A stretch of 64,000 nt of DNA from Acidimicrobiia bacterium (lineage in GTDB: Bacteria > Actinomycetota > Acidimicrobiia > Spongiisociales > ZC4RG35): assembly GCA_040880725.1 (NCBI GenBank), contig JBBDHV010000040.1, positions 21,843 through 85,842 of the forward strand, read 5' to 3'. The translations under genes and the position numbers were made by a program. The notes under the pieces were generated by a model. That model was not told where the DNA came from, did no database searches, and saw only the letters and a list, made by a program, of their open reading frames with translations. Within the stretch, counting starts at the first letter, position 1. Every line of letters starts with the position of its first letter. Shown in pieces: positions 30,414 through 38,086 of the stretch.

Positions 30414-31405
30414 TAGTCCGCTCCGAGGGCGGGAATGACCTCACGAGCGAACAGTTCGAGGCCCGTCCGGTCGTAGGCGGCGTCGCCGAAATAGCCGATC
30501 GCGTAGGAGAGCCCTCGACGCTGCCACTCGGTCAGGGTGTCGACGATCTGTTCGGGCGTGCCCGCCAGACCCCCAGCCACCGTCTTGCGGACGGTGGTTT
30601 CGGCGCGGTCTGACCCGAGGAATGCGGTGTACCGATCGATGGCGCGGGCCGTCCACGCTTCGATGTCCGACTCCGATTGGACGCAAACGACATTGAAGTT
30701 CGCCGAGCGGGTGATCTCATCGAAGTCCCGACCGACATCGGCACAGTGACCTGCGAGCACTGACGACTTGTGCGCGAAGTTCTCGAGCGTCCCCCCGAAG
30801 TTCGTGTACTGGGCGTACCGGGCGGCGACGTTGAGCGTCAGCTGCTCGCCTCCCCCGGCGATCCACAACGGAATGTGGGGGTCTTGGAGCGGACGGGGAC
30901 GACAGATCCCGCCTTCCAGCCGGTAGTGGTCACCGTCGTAGTCCACGACGTCCTCGGTCCAGAGTCGGCGCATGATCTCGACGGCTTCGCGAAGCTGGCC
31001 GATCCGAACTGACGGCTTCGGGAAGGGATAGCCGTAGCCCGTGAACTCGTGTTCGTACCACCCCGCCCCGATTCCCATCTCCACCCGTCCACCGGAGATC
31101 GCATCGATCGAGGCGGCAACCTTCGCGAGGTGCGAAGGATGCCGGTAGCCGTTGCACGTACACATCTGGCCGAGCCGCACCGTGTCGGTCACAGCGGCGA
31201 AAGCAGCCATCAGCGTCCAGGCTTCGTAGGTCTCCTCTTGGGTTGGGACCGGCGTGGTGTGGAAGTGGTCGTACACCCAGAGGGACTCGAAGCCCGACGA
31301 CTCAATGATCCGAGCGACATCGGTCATCGTCTGCCACTGGTCTGGCACCTCGATTCCCACCAAGTCGAGACGCCAACCTTGAGGAACGAACGCACCAAAA
31401 CGCAT
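30410..31405 (-). CDS. LLM-class (luciferase-like) F420-dependent oxidoreductase
   Basis: 331 aa, MRFGAFVPQGW..., SLWVYDHF, GRVEMGIGAGW. Confidence 0.85.
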   Translation of the reverse strand: MRFGAFVPQGWRLDLVGIEVPDQWQTMTDVARIIESSGFESLWVYDHFHTTPVPTQEETYEAWTLMAAFAAVTDTVRLGQMCTCNGYRHPSHLAKVAASIDAISGGRVEMGIGAGWYEHEFTGYGYPFPKPSVRIGQLREAVEIMRRLWTEDVVDYDGDHYRLEGGICRPRPLQDPHIPLWIAGGGEQLTLNVAARYAQYTNFGGTLENFAHKSSVLAGHCADVGRDFDEITRSANFNVVCVQSESDIEAWTARAIDRYTAFLGSDRAETTVRKTVAGGLAGTPEQIVDTLTEWQRRGLSYAIGYFGDAAYDRTGLELFAREVIPALGADY

Positions 31406-31470
31406 GGAACCGACCCTACCGATGTCCTCGACTCAGACAGCGTCGAGGGCCTGCGGTAGCCTCGGCGCCC

Positions 31471-32064
31471 GTGACAGACGTGACGTTCGGCATCCCGGTG
31501 AAGCCGTTCGATGCTGCCAAGCGTCGACTCGCCGACGTGCTGGACCCGGAGGCGCGTGCGCGCCTCGGACGCCGGCTCGCGGAGCGCACCGTGCAAGCCG
31601 TTGCCGAGTGCGGCGCCCATCCACTCGTGCTGTCGGCCGACGAAGCCGTGACCAATTGGGCGCAGGCGTTCGGCGTCGACGTCCACCTCGACGAGGGGTC
31701 GTCATTGGACGCCGCGGCCCGCGCGGCGGTCAGCCGTATTCGGCGAAGTGCCGGCACCTGGGCGATTCTCCACGCCGACCTGCCGATCATCACTGCGGCG
31801 GATCTCACAGATGCCGTTGCACTGCTGCGCTCCGGCCGGTCAGTCATCGGGCCGTCGTCGGACGGCGGGACTTCCCTCCTCGGGTCGGCGTCCGACGGGT
31901 TCGCGTTTTCGTACGGCAAGGGATCATTTCACCGCCACCTACGTGGGCTCGCCTCGTCCGACCCCACGATCGTGATCGCTCGGGGCCTGCTGCTGGACCT
32001 CGATACGCCGGATGACCTGAGAGCCGCGGGCGCAACTCCCGAGGGCGCGTGGTTGACCCGATAG
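31471..32064 (+). CDS. cofC: 2-phospho-L-lactate (or phosphoenolpyruvate) guanylyltransferase, F420 biosynthesis
   Basis: GTG start, GIPVKPFDAAKRRL, HADLPIITAADL, GPSSDGGTSLL. Confidence 0.8.
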   Translation: MTDVTFGIPVKPFDAAKRRLADVLDPEARARLGRRLAERTVQAVAECGAHPLVLSADEAVTNWAQAFGVDVHLDEGSSLDAAARAAVSRIRRSAGTWAILHADLPIITAADLTDAVALLRSGRSVIGPSSDGGTSLLGSASDGFAFSYGKGSFHRHLRGLASSDPTIVIARGLLLDLDTPDDLRAAGATPEGAWLTR

Positions 32065-32075
32065 GCTCGCCGGTC

Positions 32076-32846
32076 ATGTCACGGCGTGCCTCCAATCTCT
32101 TCTCCGAGGCAACCGCGGATATTTCGACACTCGACGTCCCCGCCCGGGCGCTATCCATCGCCGCCCACCCGGACGACGCCGAGTTCGGCGCCGGCGGGAC
32201 GCTCGCCAAGTGGGCGGACGCCGGCTGTGAGATCACCCTTCTCATCGCCACCGACGGCTCGAAGGGAACCTGGGATCCTGCCGCCGACCCGACCGAACTC
32301 GCCGCCGCCCGCCGGGCCGAAGCGGTCGCAGCCGCCGAAGTGCTCGGAGCGTCCCCTGAGGTCATCTTCCTCGATCACGTCGACGGGGAACTGCACCACT
32401 CCCCGGCCCTGCAGGCTGAGTTGTGCCTGTGGATCCGCCGGTTGCGGCCCGACGTCGTGTTGTCCTGGGACCCCTGGAAGCGCTACATGCTCCACCCTGA
32501 TCATCGGGAGATCGGCTGGGGAGCGTGCGACGCGGTGGTCGCGGCGCGGGACCACCTCTTCTTTCCCGAGCAGCTGCGCAATGGCCTGGCCAAGCACCGA
32601 CCCGATGCACTGTTGTTGTACGCCGCCGACGCACCTGACCACTTCGAAGACATCTCGGGGACGTTTTCACGCAAGATCGACGCGTTGTTGCAGCACTCCA
32701 GTCAGAGCCAGACGACGATGCAGGACGCCGCCACCGCGGACGAGGGCCGCGCCGCCTTCACCGAGCGCATCGCCACGTGGTGCGCCACCATGGGCAAACC
32801 CGTCGACCTCCCCCTCGCCGAATCCTTCAAACTCCTCCGCCCTTAG
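32076..32846 (+). CDS. PIG-L/LmbE family deacetylase (second copy)
   Basis: LSIAAHPDDAEFGAGGT and HPDHREIG. An alternative GTG start at 32049 overlaps cofC. Confidence 0.8.
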   Translation: MSRRASNLFSEATADISTLDVPARALSIAAHPDDAEFGAGGTLAKWADAGCEITLLIATDGSKGTWDPAADPTELAAARRAEAVAAAEVLGASPEVIFLDHVDGELHHSPALQAELCLWIRRLRPDVVLSWDPWKRYMLHPDHREIGWGACDAVVAARDHLFFPEQLRNGLAKHRPDALLLYAADAPDHFEDISGTFSRKIDALLQHSSQSQTTMQDAATADEGRAAFTERIATWCATMGKPVDLPLAESFKLLRP

Positions 32847-32849
32847 GCG

Positions 32850-33176
32850 CTAGAAAGCGGGTTCGGGAAGGGCGAGGGCGTTGCGGACTTCGGCGAGGCG
32901 GTCGGCGACGAGGCGGTGGTAGACCCACTTGCCGCGCCGGTCGGACTCGATGAAGCCTGCTTCGCGCAACTGCTTCATGTGGTGGCTCACTGTCGGTTGA
33001 CTCAGCTCGAGAGGTTCGGTCAGATCGCAGACGCACACCTCGCCGTCTGCGGCAGTGGCCAGCATCGAGAGAATCCGAATCCGAGCAGGATCGGCCAGGA
33101 CCTTCAACATGGTCGCCAGATCCTCGGCTTCAGGACCGGTCAGCCCCCCGGCGATCGGTGCGCAACACAATTCCAT
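32850..33176 (-). CDS. ArsR/SmtB family metal(loid)-responsive repressor
   Basis: 108 aa. ADPARIRIL, CVCDL sensing motif, SQPTVSHHMKQL recognition helix. An extra N-terminal CC pair. Confidence 0.92.
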   Translation of the reverse strand: MELCCAPIAGGLTGPEAEDLATMLKVLADPARIRILSMLATAADGEVCVCDLTEPLELSQPTVSHHMKQLREAGFIESDRRGKWVYHRLVADRLAEVRNALALPEPAF

Positions 33177-33182
33177 GGCCTC

Positions 33183-33202
33183 ATATTGACAGGCATCAAT
33201 AT
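33183..33202. promoter_or_regulatory. Perfect inverted repeat ATATTGA-N6-TCAATAT, candidate ArsR operator
   Basis: Read directly. Lies 7 nt upstream of the arsR-like ATG in the only AT-rich patch of the divergent intergenic region. Confidence 0.5.
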
Positions 33203-33211
33203 TTATTACAA
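33183..33211 (-). promoter_or_regulatory. Candidate promoter TTGTAA-N17-CAATAT giving a leaderless arsR-like mRNA
   Basis: The minus strand reads TTGTAA (33211-33206), a 17-nt spacer, CAATAT (33188-33183), then 6 nt to the ATG at 33176. It overlaps the palindrome. Confidence 0.35.
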
Positions 33212-33353
33212 GCGGTTACAGGATCAGCGGATAGGCAGGGCGGCTTCGCCGACTGTTTCTCTGTTCCACTGTGGCGATTCGCGCAAAGGTCCCACGACCC
33301 GGCCTGGTTAGGGTCGATCCGCAGCGCGCGGTCACGAGGTGGAGGTCAGCAAC

Positions 33354-34886
33354 ATGCCAGGTGAGGTGCTGCGATCAGTCCTCGTGTTCGACAACACCAA
33401 GTTCGCATTTGCCAACTATCAGGCGGCTCGAGACGAACTCGTCGCGCTGCTCATCACCGCCACGGTCACCGTTGTTTCTCGCTCGATTCGCGGCGGCCTC
33501 GGCGTGGGCCTGGCGGATCTCGCCGATGAGCTCGCCTCGCTGGGTCACGATGCCGTCGTCCTCGGGTTCGCCGACGCCGGCGTGACGCCTGCCACCACCC
33601 GGCTCGCCCTCCTGCTTCGCGACCGCAGAATCCCCACAGTGGTGCTCGCAGGCGACCCCGGAGTCGGCCTCGCCCGCCAGATCGCCGAGCTGCAGGTACC
33701 GGACCTCCCGATCGTCCACCTCCCGCTGCGTCAGTGGATGACCGCCAGCGAAGCCCGGGCTGTCGCCCGGGAATCGTTCCCTTCGGTCATCGCCGCACTC
33801 GACACCCCGCCGCCGCTCACATCTGCCGAGCCGGCAAGGGTCATCGCGGTGGTCCCGTTCGACGCCTCCGCGGGCGACACGTTCGAGTGGCTACTCGAGT
33901 CGGGTCTGACCGACGGACTACCGGTCATCCCGCCGACGGAGCCACTGGTCGAGCGCATGCTGGGAGGTCGTTCTCCCGACCGCATCCTCATCTCCGATCT
34001 CGCCCCGAGCGGACAGGAACAGACCGTGGGCCACGCGGCGCTCGCCTCGGTCCTCGCCGGTTGCGCGCCGCAGCACTTCAGCTTCGTGGTCACCGCTCTC
34101 GAAGCCATGGCCGCTCCGGAGTTCGCCCTCTGGCAGACAGCCACGAGCACGAACCCGTCAGGAACGCTCATCGTGGCGAGTGGACCGCTCGCCGATGACG
34201 CCGGGATTCACAGCGGCCTGGGTTGCCTGGGTCCCGGATTCAGGGCGAACGCCACCATCGGACGAGCCGCAAACCTGGCGCTGATCCTCGCGGGAGGGGC
34301 AATCCCCGGCGTGGGCAACCTGGCCACACAGGGCTCACCAGCCCAGTACAGCTACTGCTTCGCCGAGAACCTCACTCTCAGCCCCTGGCCCGGCCTGCAC
34401 GCGGACCGCTTCGGACCCGATTCGACCACCGTGACCGTCTTCCACGGCGAGGGCCCGCACAACGTCGTCGACATGGTCAGCTTGGACGCGTCCGGAATCC
34501 TCGCCGGCATTGCATCGACGTCGGCGACGCTCGGCTCCAACAACACGTACCTGACGGGCGAGTTGATGGTGATCCTGTGCCCGGATCACGCCGAGATCAT
34601 CGCCCGCTCCGGATGGACGAAACGCGACGTCCAGGAGTACCTCTTCGAGAACGTTCGGCTGCCGGCACAGCTCTCGGCAGGTCACGGGCAGGTCGCGGTT
34701 CGACCCGACTGGGCGAACGCACTCGACCCGGTGCCCGCCATCCTCGATCCCGATGCCGTCACGGTCGTGGTCGCGGGCGGCCACGGCGGACATTCGTCCG
34801 TGGCGCTCCCCTGGGCGATGAACCGGTCGGTGACCCTCCCACTATCGTCGCCCGACGCGAGACCGACGACGTCGACCAACCGGTGA
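33354..34886 (+). CDS. Uncharacterised 510-aa protein: N-terminal UGSC-like domain (motif replaced by AGVT) + unknown ~350-aa domain
   Basis: ATG 33354 has SD GGAGG 8 nt upstream (track GTG 33339). DAVVLGFADAGVTPATTRLALLLRDRRIPTVVL and VPDLPIVHLP resemble my recollection of UGSC-family proteins. The C-terminal region carries TDGLPVIPPTEPLVERML. Confidence 0.75.
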   Translation: MPGEVLRSVLVFDNTKFAFANYQAARDELVALLITATVTVVSRSIRGGLGVGLADLADELASLGHDAVVLGFADAGVTPATTRLALLLRDRRIPTVVLAGDPGVGLARQIAELQVPDLPIVHLPLRQWMTASEARAVARESFPSVIAALDTPPPLTSAEPARVIAVVPFDASAGDTFEWLLESGLTDGLPVIPPTEPLVERMLGGRSPDRILISDLAPSGQEQTVGHAALASVLAGCAPQHFSFVVTALEAMAAPEFALWQTATSTNPSGTLIVASGPLADDAGIHSGLGCLGPGFRANATIGRAANLALILAGGAIPGVGNLATQGSPAQYSYCFAENLTLSPWPGLHADRFGPDSTTVTVFHGEGPHNVVDMVSLDASGILAGIASTSATLGSNNTYLTGELMVILCPDHAEIIARSGWTKRDVQEYLFENVRLPAQLSAGHGQVAVRPDWANALDPVPAILDPDAVTVVVAGGHGGHSSVALPWAMNRSVTLPLSSPDARPTTSTNR

Positions 34887-34916
34887 CCGACCGGGACCAC
34901 GAGGAGAATCGTCACA

Positions 34917-35303
34917 GTGAACCCCGTCGACGCCCTTCTGACCCAGATGTCAAACGCGGTCTGTTTCAATGCACTGCGCTGGCATCACCCGGAGTCGTAC
35001 GAGCGAGGACCAGGCATCGGCAGCAGTGCCGCGCAATGGCTGGCAGACACGGGTGTGCATTCGGTGGGAGCGGACAACGTCGCACTCGACGTCGTCGGAC
35101 ATAAAGACGACGAACTCGGCCACCTCCCCGCGCACACGATCCTCACCGTGCGCAACGGGATCTTCATCATCGAGAACCTCAACCTCGAGGCACTCGCCGC
35201 AGAGAACGCACACGAGTTCGTGTTCGTCTGCCTCCCGTTGAAGATGCGCGGTGCGACCGGCTCGCCGGTGCGCCCGATCGCTCTCGTTCCGCGAGTCGAC
35301 TGA
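34917..35303 (+). CDS. Cyclase-family C-terminal fragment (128 aa, lacks the HxGTHxDxPxH half), possible gene remnant
   Basis: Aligns by eye to the last ~115 aa of the intact cyclase at 20175-21101 (GADNVALD, FIIENLNLEAL, PLKMRGATGSPVRPIA). GTG start with SD GAGGAG 10 nt upstream. Same frame as the upstream ORF across a single TGA. Confidence 0.55.
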   Translation: MNPVDALLTQMSNAVCFNALRWHHPESYERGPGIGSSAAQWLADTGVHSVGADNVALDVVGHKDDELGHLPAHTILTVRNGIFIIENLNLEALAAENAHEFVFVCLPLKMRGATGSPVRPIALVPRVD

Positions 35304-35305
35304 TC

Positions 35306-36505
35306 GTGATCGGCGATGTCGCCCCCGCGATCGAAGAGGCGCTCCGTTCTCTCCCATCCGCGCTCGACCCGTTCGACCGCACCCGGGGCATCCTGGCCCG
35401 CCTTCGTCTCCCCGCAGGAATCGGACTGATCGCAATCGGCAAAGCGTCCCGGCCCATGGCCCGCGCGGCCATCGACGTCCTCGGAGACCGGATCGTCCAT
35501 GGTGTGATCGTCGACCCCGACCCGGCACCTCTGCCACCGTTCGAGGTCCACGTCGGCTCCCATCCCCTACCGGACGAGGCGTCCGAAGCGGCCGGTCGGG
35601 CTGCACTCGCGATCGCCGAGCGCGCCGATCATGACCATCTGCTCGTGCTGGTTTCGGGAGGAGGCTCGGCGATGGCCGAAGTGCCGAAGCGGCCCCTCGA
35701 CATCGCCACCGTGGCGTCGATCGTCGACCGGCTGATGGCGGCAGGAACGCCGATCGACGAGATGAATGTGGTGCGCCGCCACCTTTCCCAGCTCAAGCAC
35801 GGCGGCCTCAGCGGGCGGTCGAAAGTCCCTGTCACCACCCTGGCGATCAGCGATGTCGTCGACGGTCCGGCGTCGACGGTCGCATCCGGACCGACGCTGC
35901 ATGACGACTCCACGGCCCTCGACGCACTCGGCATCATCGAACGGCGACTGGGACGTCCCGTACCCCAGAAGGTCCACACAGCCCTGGCCACGCCGGTGCC
36001 CCGTCGCAGGAATGAGGACGTCCATGTGGTTGCCGACCGCCACACCGCCTACGCGGTGACCTCACGCCGGCTGGCAGAAGCAGGGCTTGGCGAGTCCCGC
36101 GCGATCCGGCTGGAGGGCGAGGCCGCGGACATGGCGCGCAGGATCGTGACGATGCCAGGGCTGACCATCGGTACCGGGGAGACCACCGTGACCGTCTCCG
36201 GTGGCGGCAAGGGCGGACGAAACCAGCACGGTGCGCTCGCCGCCGCGATCGCGATCGATGGCTCGGACACCGTCCTCGGCACGTTCGGGACCGATGGCGC
36301 CGATGGCCCCACCGACGCAGCAGGCGCAATCGTGGACGGTTCGACATACCGCCGACTCATAGACGCCGGCGTCAACCCCGAGGACTCGCTCGCCCGGTGC
36401 GACTCCCATCCCGCACTCGAGGCCGGAGGTTGTCTGATACGCACCGGCCCCACCGGCACCAATGTTGCCGACGTGTGGGTGTCCTACGTGCCGGCGACGA
36501 CGTAG
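35306..36505 (+). CDS. Glycerate 2-kinase / hydroxypyruvate-reductase-like protein (DUF4147 + MOFRL)
   Basis: 399 aa, GTG start 2 nt after the previous stop. LVLVSGGGSAM, GGKGGRNQ, GTDGADGPTDAAGA, TGPTGTNVADV. Confidence 0.85.
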   Translation: MIGDVAPAIEEALRSLPSALDPFDRTRGILARLRLPAGIGLIAIGKASRPMARAAIDVLGDRIVHGVIVDPDPAPLPPFEVHVGSHPLPDEASEAAGRAALAIAERADHDHLLVLVSGGGSAMAEVPKRPLDIATVASIVDRLMAAGTPIDEMNVVRRHLSQLKHGGLSGRSKVPVTTLAISDVVDGPASTVASGPTLHDDSTALDALGIIERRLGRPVPQKVHTALATPVPRRRNEDVHVVADRHTAYAVTSRRLAEAGLGESRAIRLEGEAADMARRIVTMPGLTIGTGETTVTVSGGGKGGRNQHGALAAAIAIDGSDTVLGTFGTDGADGPTDAAGAIVDGSTYRRLIDAGVNPEDSLARCDSHPALEAGGCLIRTGPTGTNVADVWVSYVPATT

Positions 36506-37209
36506 CGATCACGACCCTGGAGATCGGGCCGGATCTCCACCGACGCGAACCCGTCGAAGACCTCCCGCACCGGATCCGCCTGCGTCTCGCCGATCTCGCA
36601 TACGACGACACCACCGGCTGCCAGCCAGGCCGAGGATTCCGACGCAATCCGACGCAGGACTTCGAGGCCGGTCGGTCCTGACACGAGGGCGAGGCGCGGT
36701 TCACGTCGGACGTCGTCGGGGAGCCGAGCCCATTCGCTCGACGCGACATATGGAGGGTTCGAAACGATGAGGTCGAACGCGCCGACCAACTGCGCGTCGA
36801 GTGCGTCGAAGAGATCGCCCAACACCCATTCGACTGCAGGTGCATGCCGGAGACCGTTCTCCCGAGCCACGGTGAGAGCCTCCGAGGAGATGTCCGCGCC
36901 GATCACCCTGGCCTCGGGAAACGAGGCGCTCAGAGCAATCGCCAGGGCACCGGACCCCGTGCAGAGATCCAGTACCAGTCGCGGGTCGGTGACCGCACCG
37001 GCTGCGAGTTCCCACAGTCCTTCTGTTTCGGGTCGCGGAATGAGCACCCGACCGTCAACGACCAGATCGAACGGCCCGAACGCCGCAGTCCCTTCGAGAT
37101 ACTGAAGGGGTTCGCCGCCAGCTCGACGAGCCAGGAGATCAGCGAAGGCCCGGTCGTCGGAAGCCACGGACCGCAGCCGTCGCACCTCGTGAGGCGGCAA
37201 TGAGGTCAC
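36484..37209 (-). CDS. HemK/PrmC-family N5-glutamine methyltransferase (short N-terminal domain)
   Basis: PLQYLEG, DLCTGSGALA, NPPY. GTG 37209 overlaps the stop of the upstream gene (GTGA). The track ORF to 38058 is an Arg-rich shadow. Confidence 0.78.
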   Translation of the reverse strand: MTSLPPHEVRRLRSVASDDRAFADLLARRAGGEPLQYLEGTAAFGPFDLVVDGRVLIPRPETEGLWELAAGAVTDPRLVLDLCTGSGALAIALSASFPEARVIGADISSEALTVARENGLRHAPAVEWVLGDLFDALDAQLVGAFDLIVSNPPYVASSEWARLPDDVRREPRLALVSGPTGLEVLRRIASESSAWLAAGGVVVCEIGETQADPVREVFDGFASVEIRPDLQGRDRYVVAGT

Positions 37210-38039
37210 AGGCGGAGTGCCATGCGGACGTGCTCGCCGATGTGCTCGACGTCGTAGAGATCCGACGTCTCGGCGAAACCCGCTCGACGATAGAAGCCCT
37301 GGGCGCTGGAGCGGGCGCTGCACCAGACGTACTCGGCATCTTCCCCGCGGGCGTGCTCGAGGGCGGCGGCGAGGAGCACGGCCCCGAGCCCTCGACCCCG
37401 CATGGCGTCGGTGGTCGCCATCGCCCGAATGCGAAACGCCTTGTCGGCAGCGACGTCGGGCGACGGTTCCGGACCGACGCTCACCGAGCCCACCGCATCT
37501 TCCTCGTCGTCGATGGCCCCGAACCACGTCGCGTCGGGGTGCTCCTCCGCTTCGAGTTCGGAGACTGACTGGTGGGGACGCAACACCGCTCGCCGCAACG
37601 CCCGTGTGACGACAGCATCCACCGTCTTCACCTGAATGAGACGGGGCACCACAGCAGCCACCGCGCCGATCATCGCGGAAGCCGAGCACGTTCGCTCGGT
37701 CACTTCGATGGCCCGTGCCAAACGGTGGCGGGGAGCATCGGAGGCAACTTGGTACTCGAGTTCGATGTTCGTGAACACTCTCGGAACCGTCGTGGCACGC
37801 GTCCCGTCGGCGACGACATTCAGGGCCGAGACCTCGAATCGCATCTTGGCGAGCACGGCGTCGATGGTCGTTCCGGCACAGGTCACGAGCGACGCCAGCA
37901 TCAGCTCCATCGGTGCGGGACCACCAGCCTGTCCGGGCCGGTCGTACGCGCCGGGTTCGACGATGAGACGTGTCGGAGCCGACGTGGCGACTTCGAATCG
38001 CCCCGAAGCCTGCCGGATCCCTCGTACAACGCTGCGCAT
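37206..38039 (-). CDS. OsmC-family domain fused to GNAT acetyltransferase domain
   Basis: OsmC cysteines in MELMLASLVTCAG and ERTCSAS. GNAT AcCoA motif RGRGLGAVLL and FYRRAGF. Start uncertain (38039 or 38123). Confidence 0.75.
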   Translation of the reverse strand: MRSVVRGIRQASGRFEVATSAPTRLIVEPGAYDRPGQAGGPAPMELMLASLVTCAGTTIDAVLAKMRFEVSALNVVADGTRATTVPRVFTNIELEYQVASDAPRHRLARAIEVTERTCSASAMIGAVAAVVPRLIQVKTVDAVVTRALRRAVLRPHQSVSELEAEEHPDATWFGAIDDEEDAVGSVSVGPEPSPDVAADKAFRIRAMATTDAMRGRGLGAVLLAAALEHARGEDAEYVWCSARSSAQGFYRRAGFAETSDLYDVEHIGEHVRMALRL

Positions 38040-38086
38040 CAGGCGAGCGTAGAGCCACAAGTCGCCGACGAAACGAGGGGGATCAT

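Noticed and set aside
33186-33214. Plus-strand promoter for the 510-aa gene starting from the perfect TTGACA at 33186-33191
   Set aside because: No acceptable -10 hexamer lies 16-18 nt downstream (caagcg/aagcgg), so I do not call it.
34884-34886. Selenocysteine recoding of the in-frame TGA in a UGSC-related gene
   Set aside because: The TGA is ~350 codons away from the position of the UGSC motif (which reads AGVT here). I found no convincing stem-loop immediately downstream. The next ORF has its own SD and GTG.
36484-38058. 524-aa minus-strand ORF
   Set aside because: Its N-terminal ~280 aa are an Arg-rich alternate frame over the OsmC-GNAT gene. The methyltransferase begins at GTG 37209.
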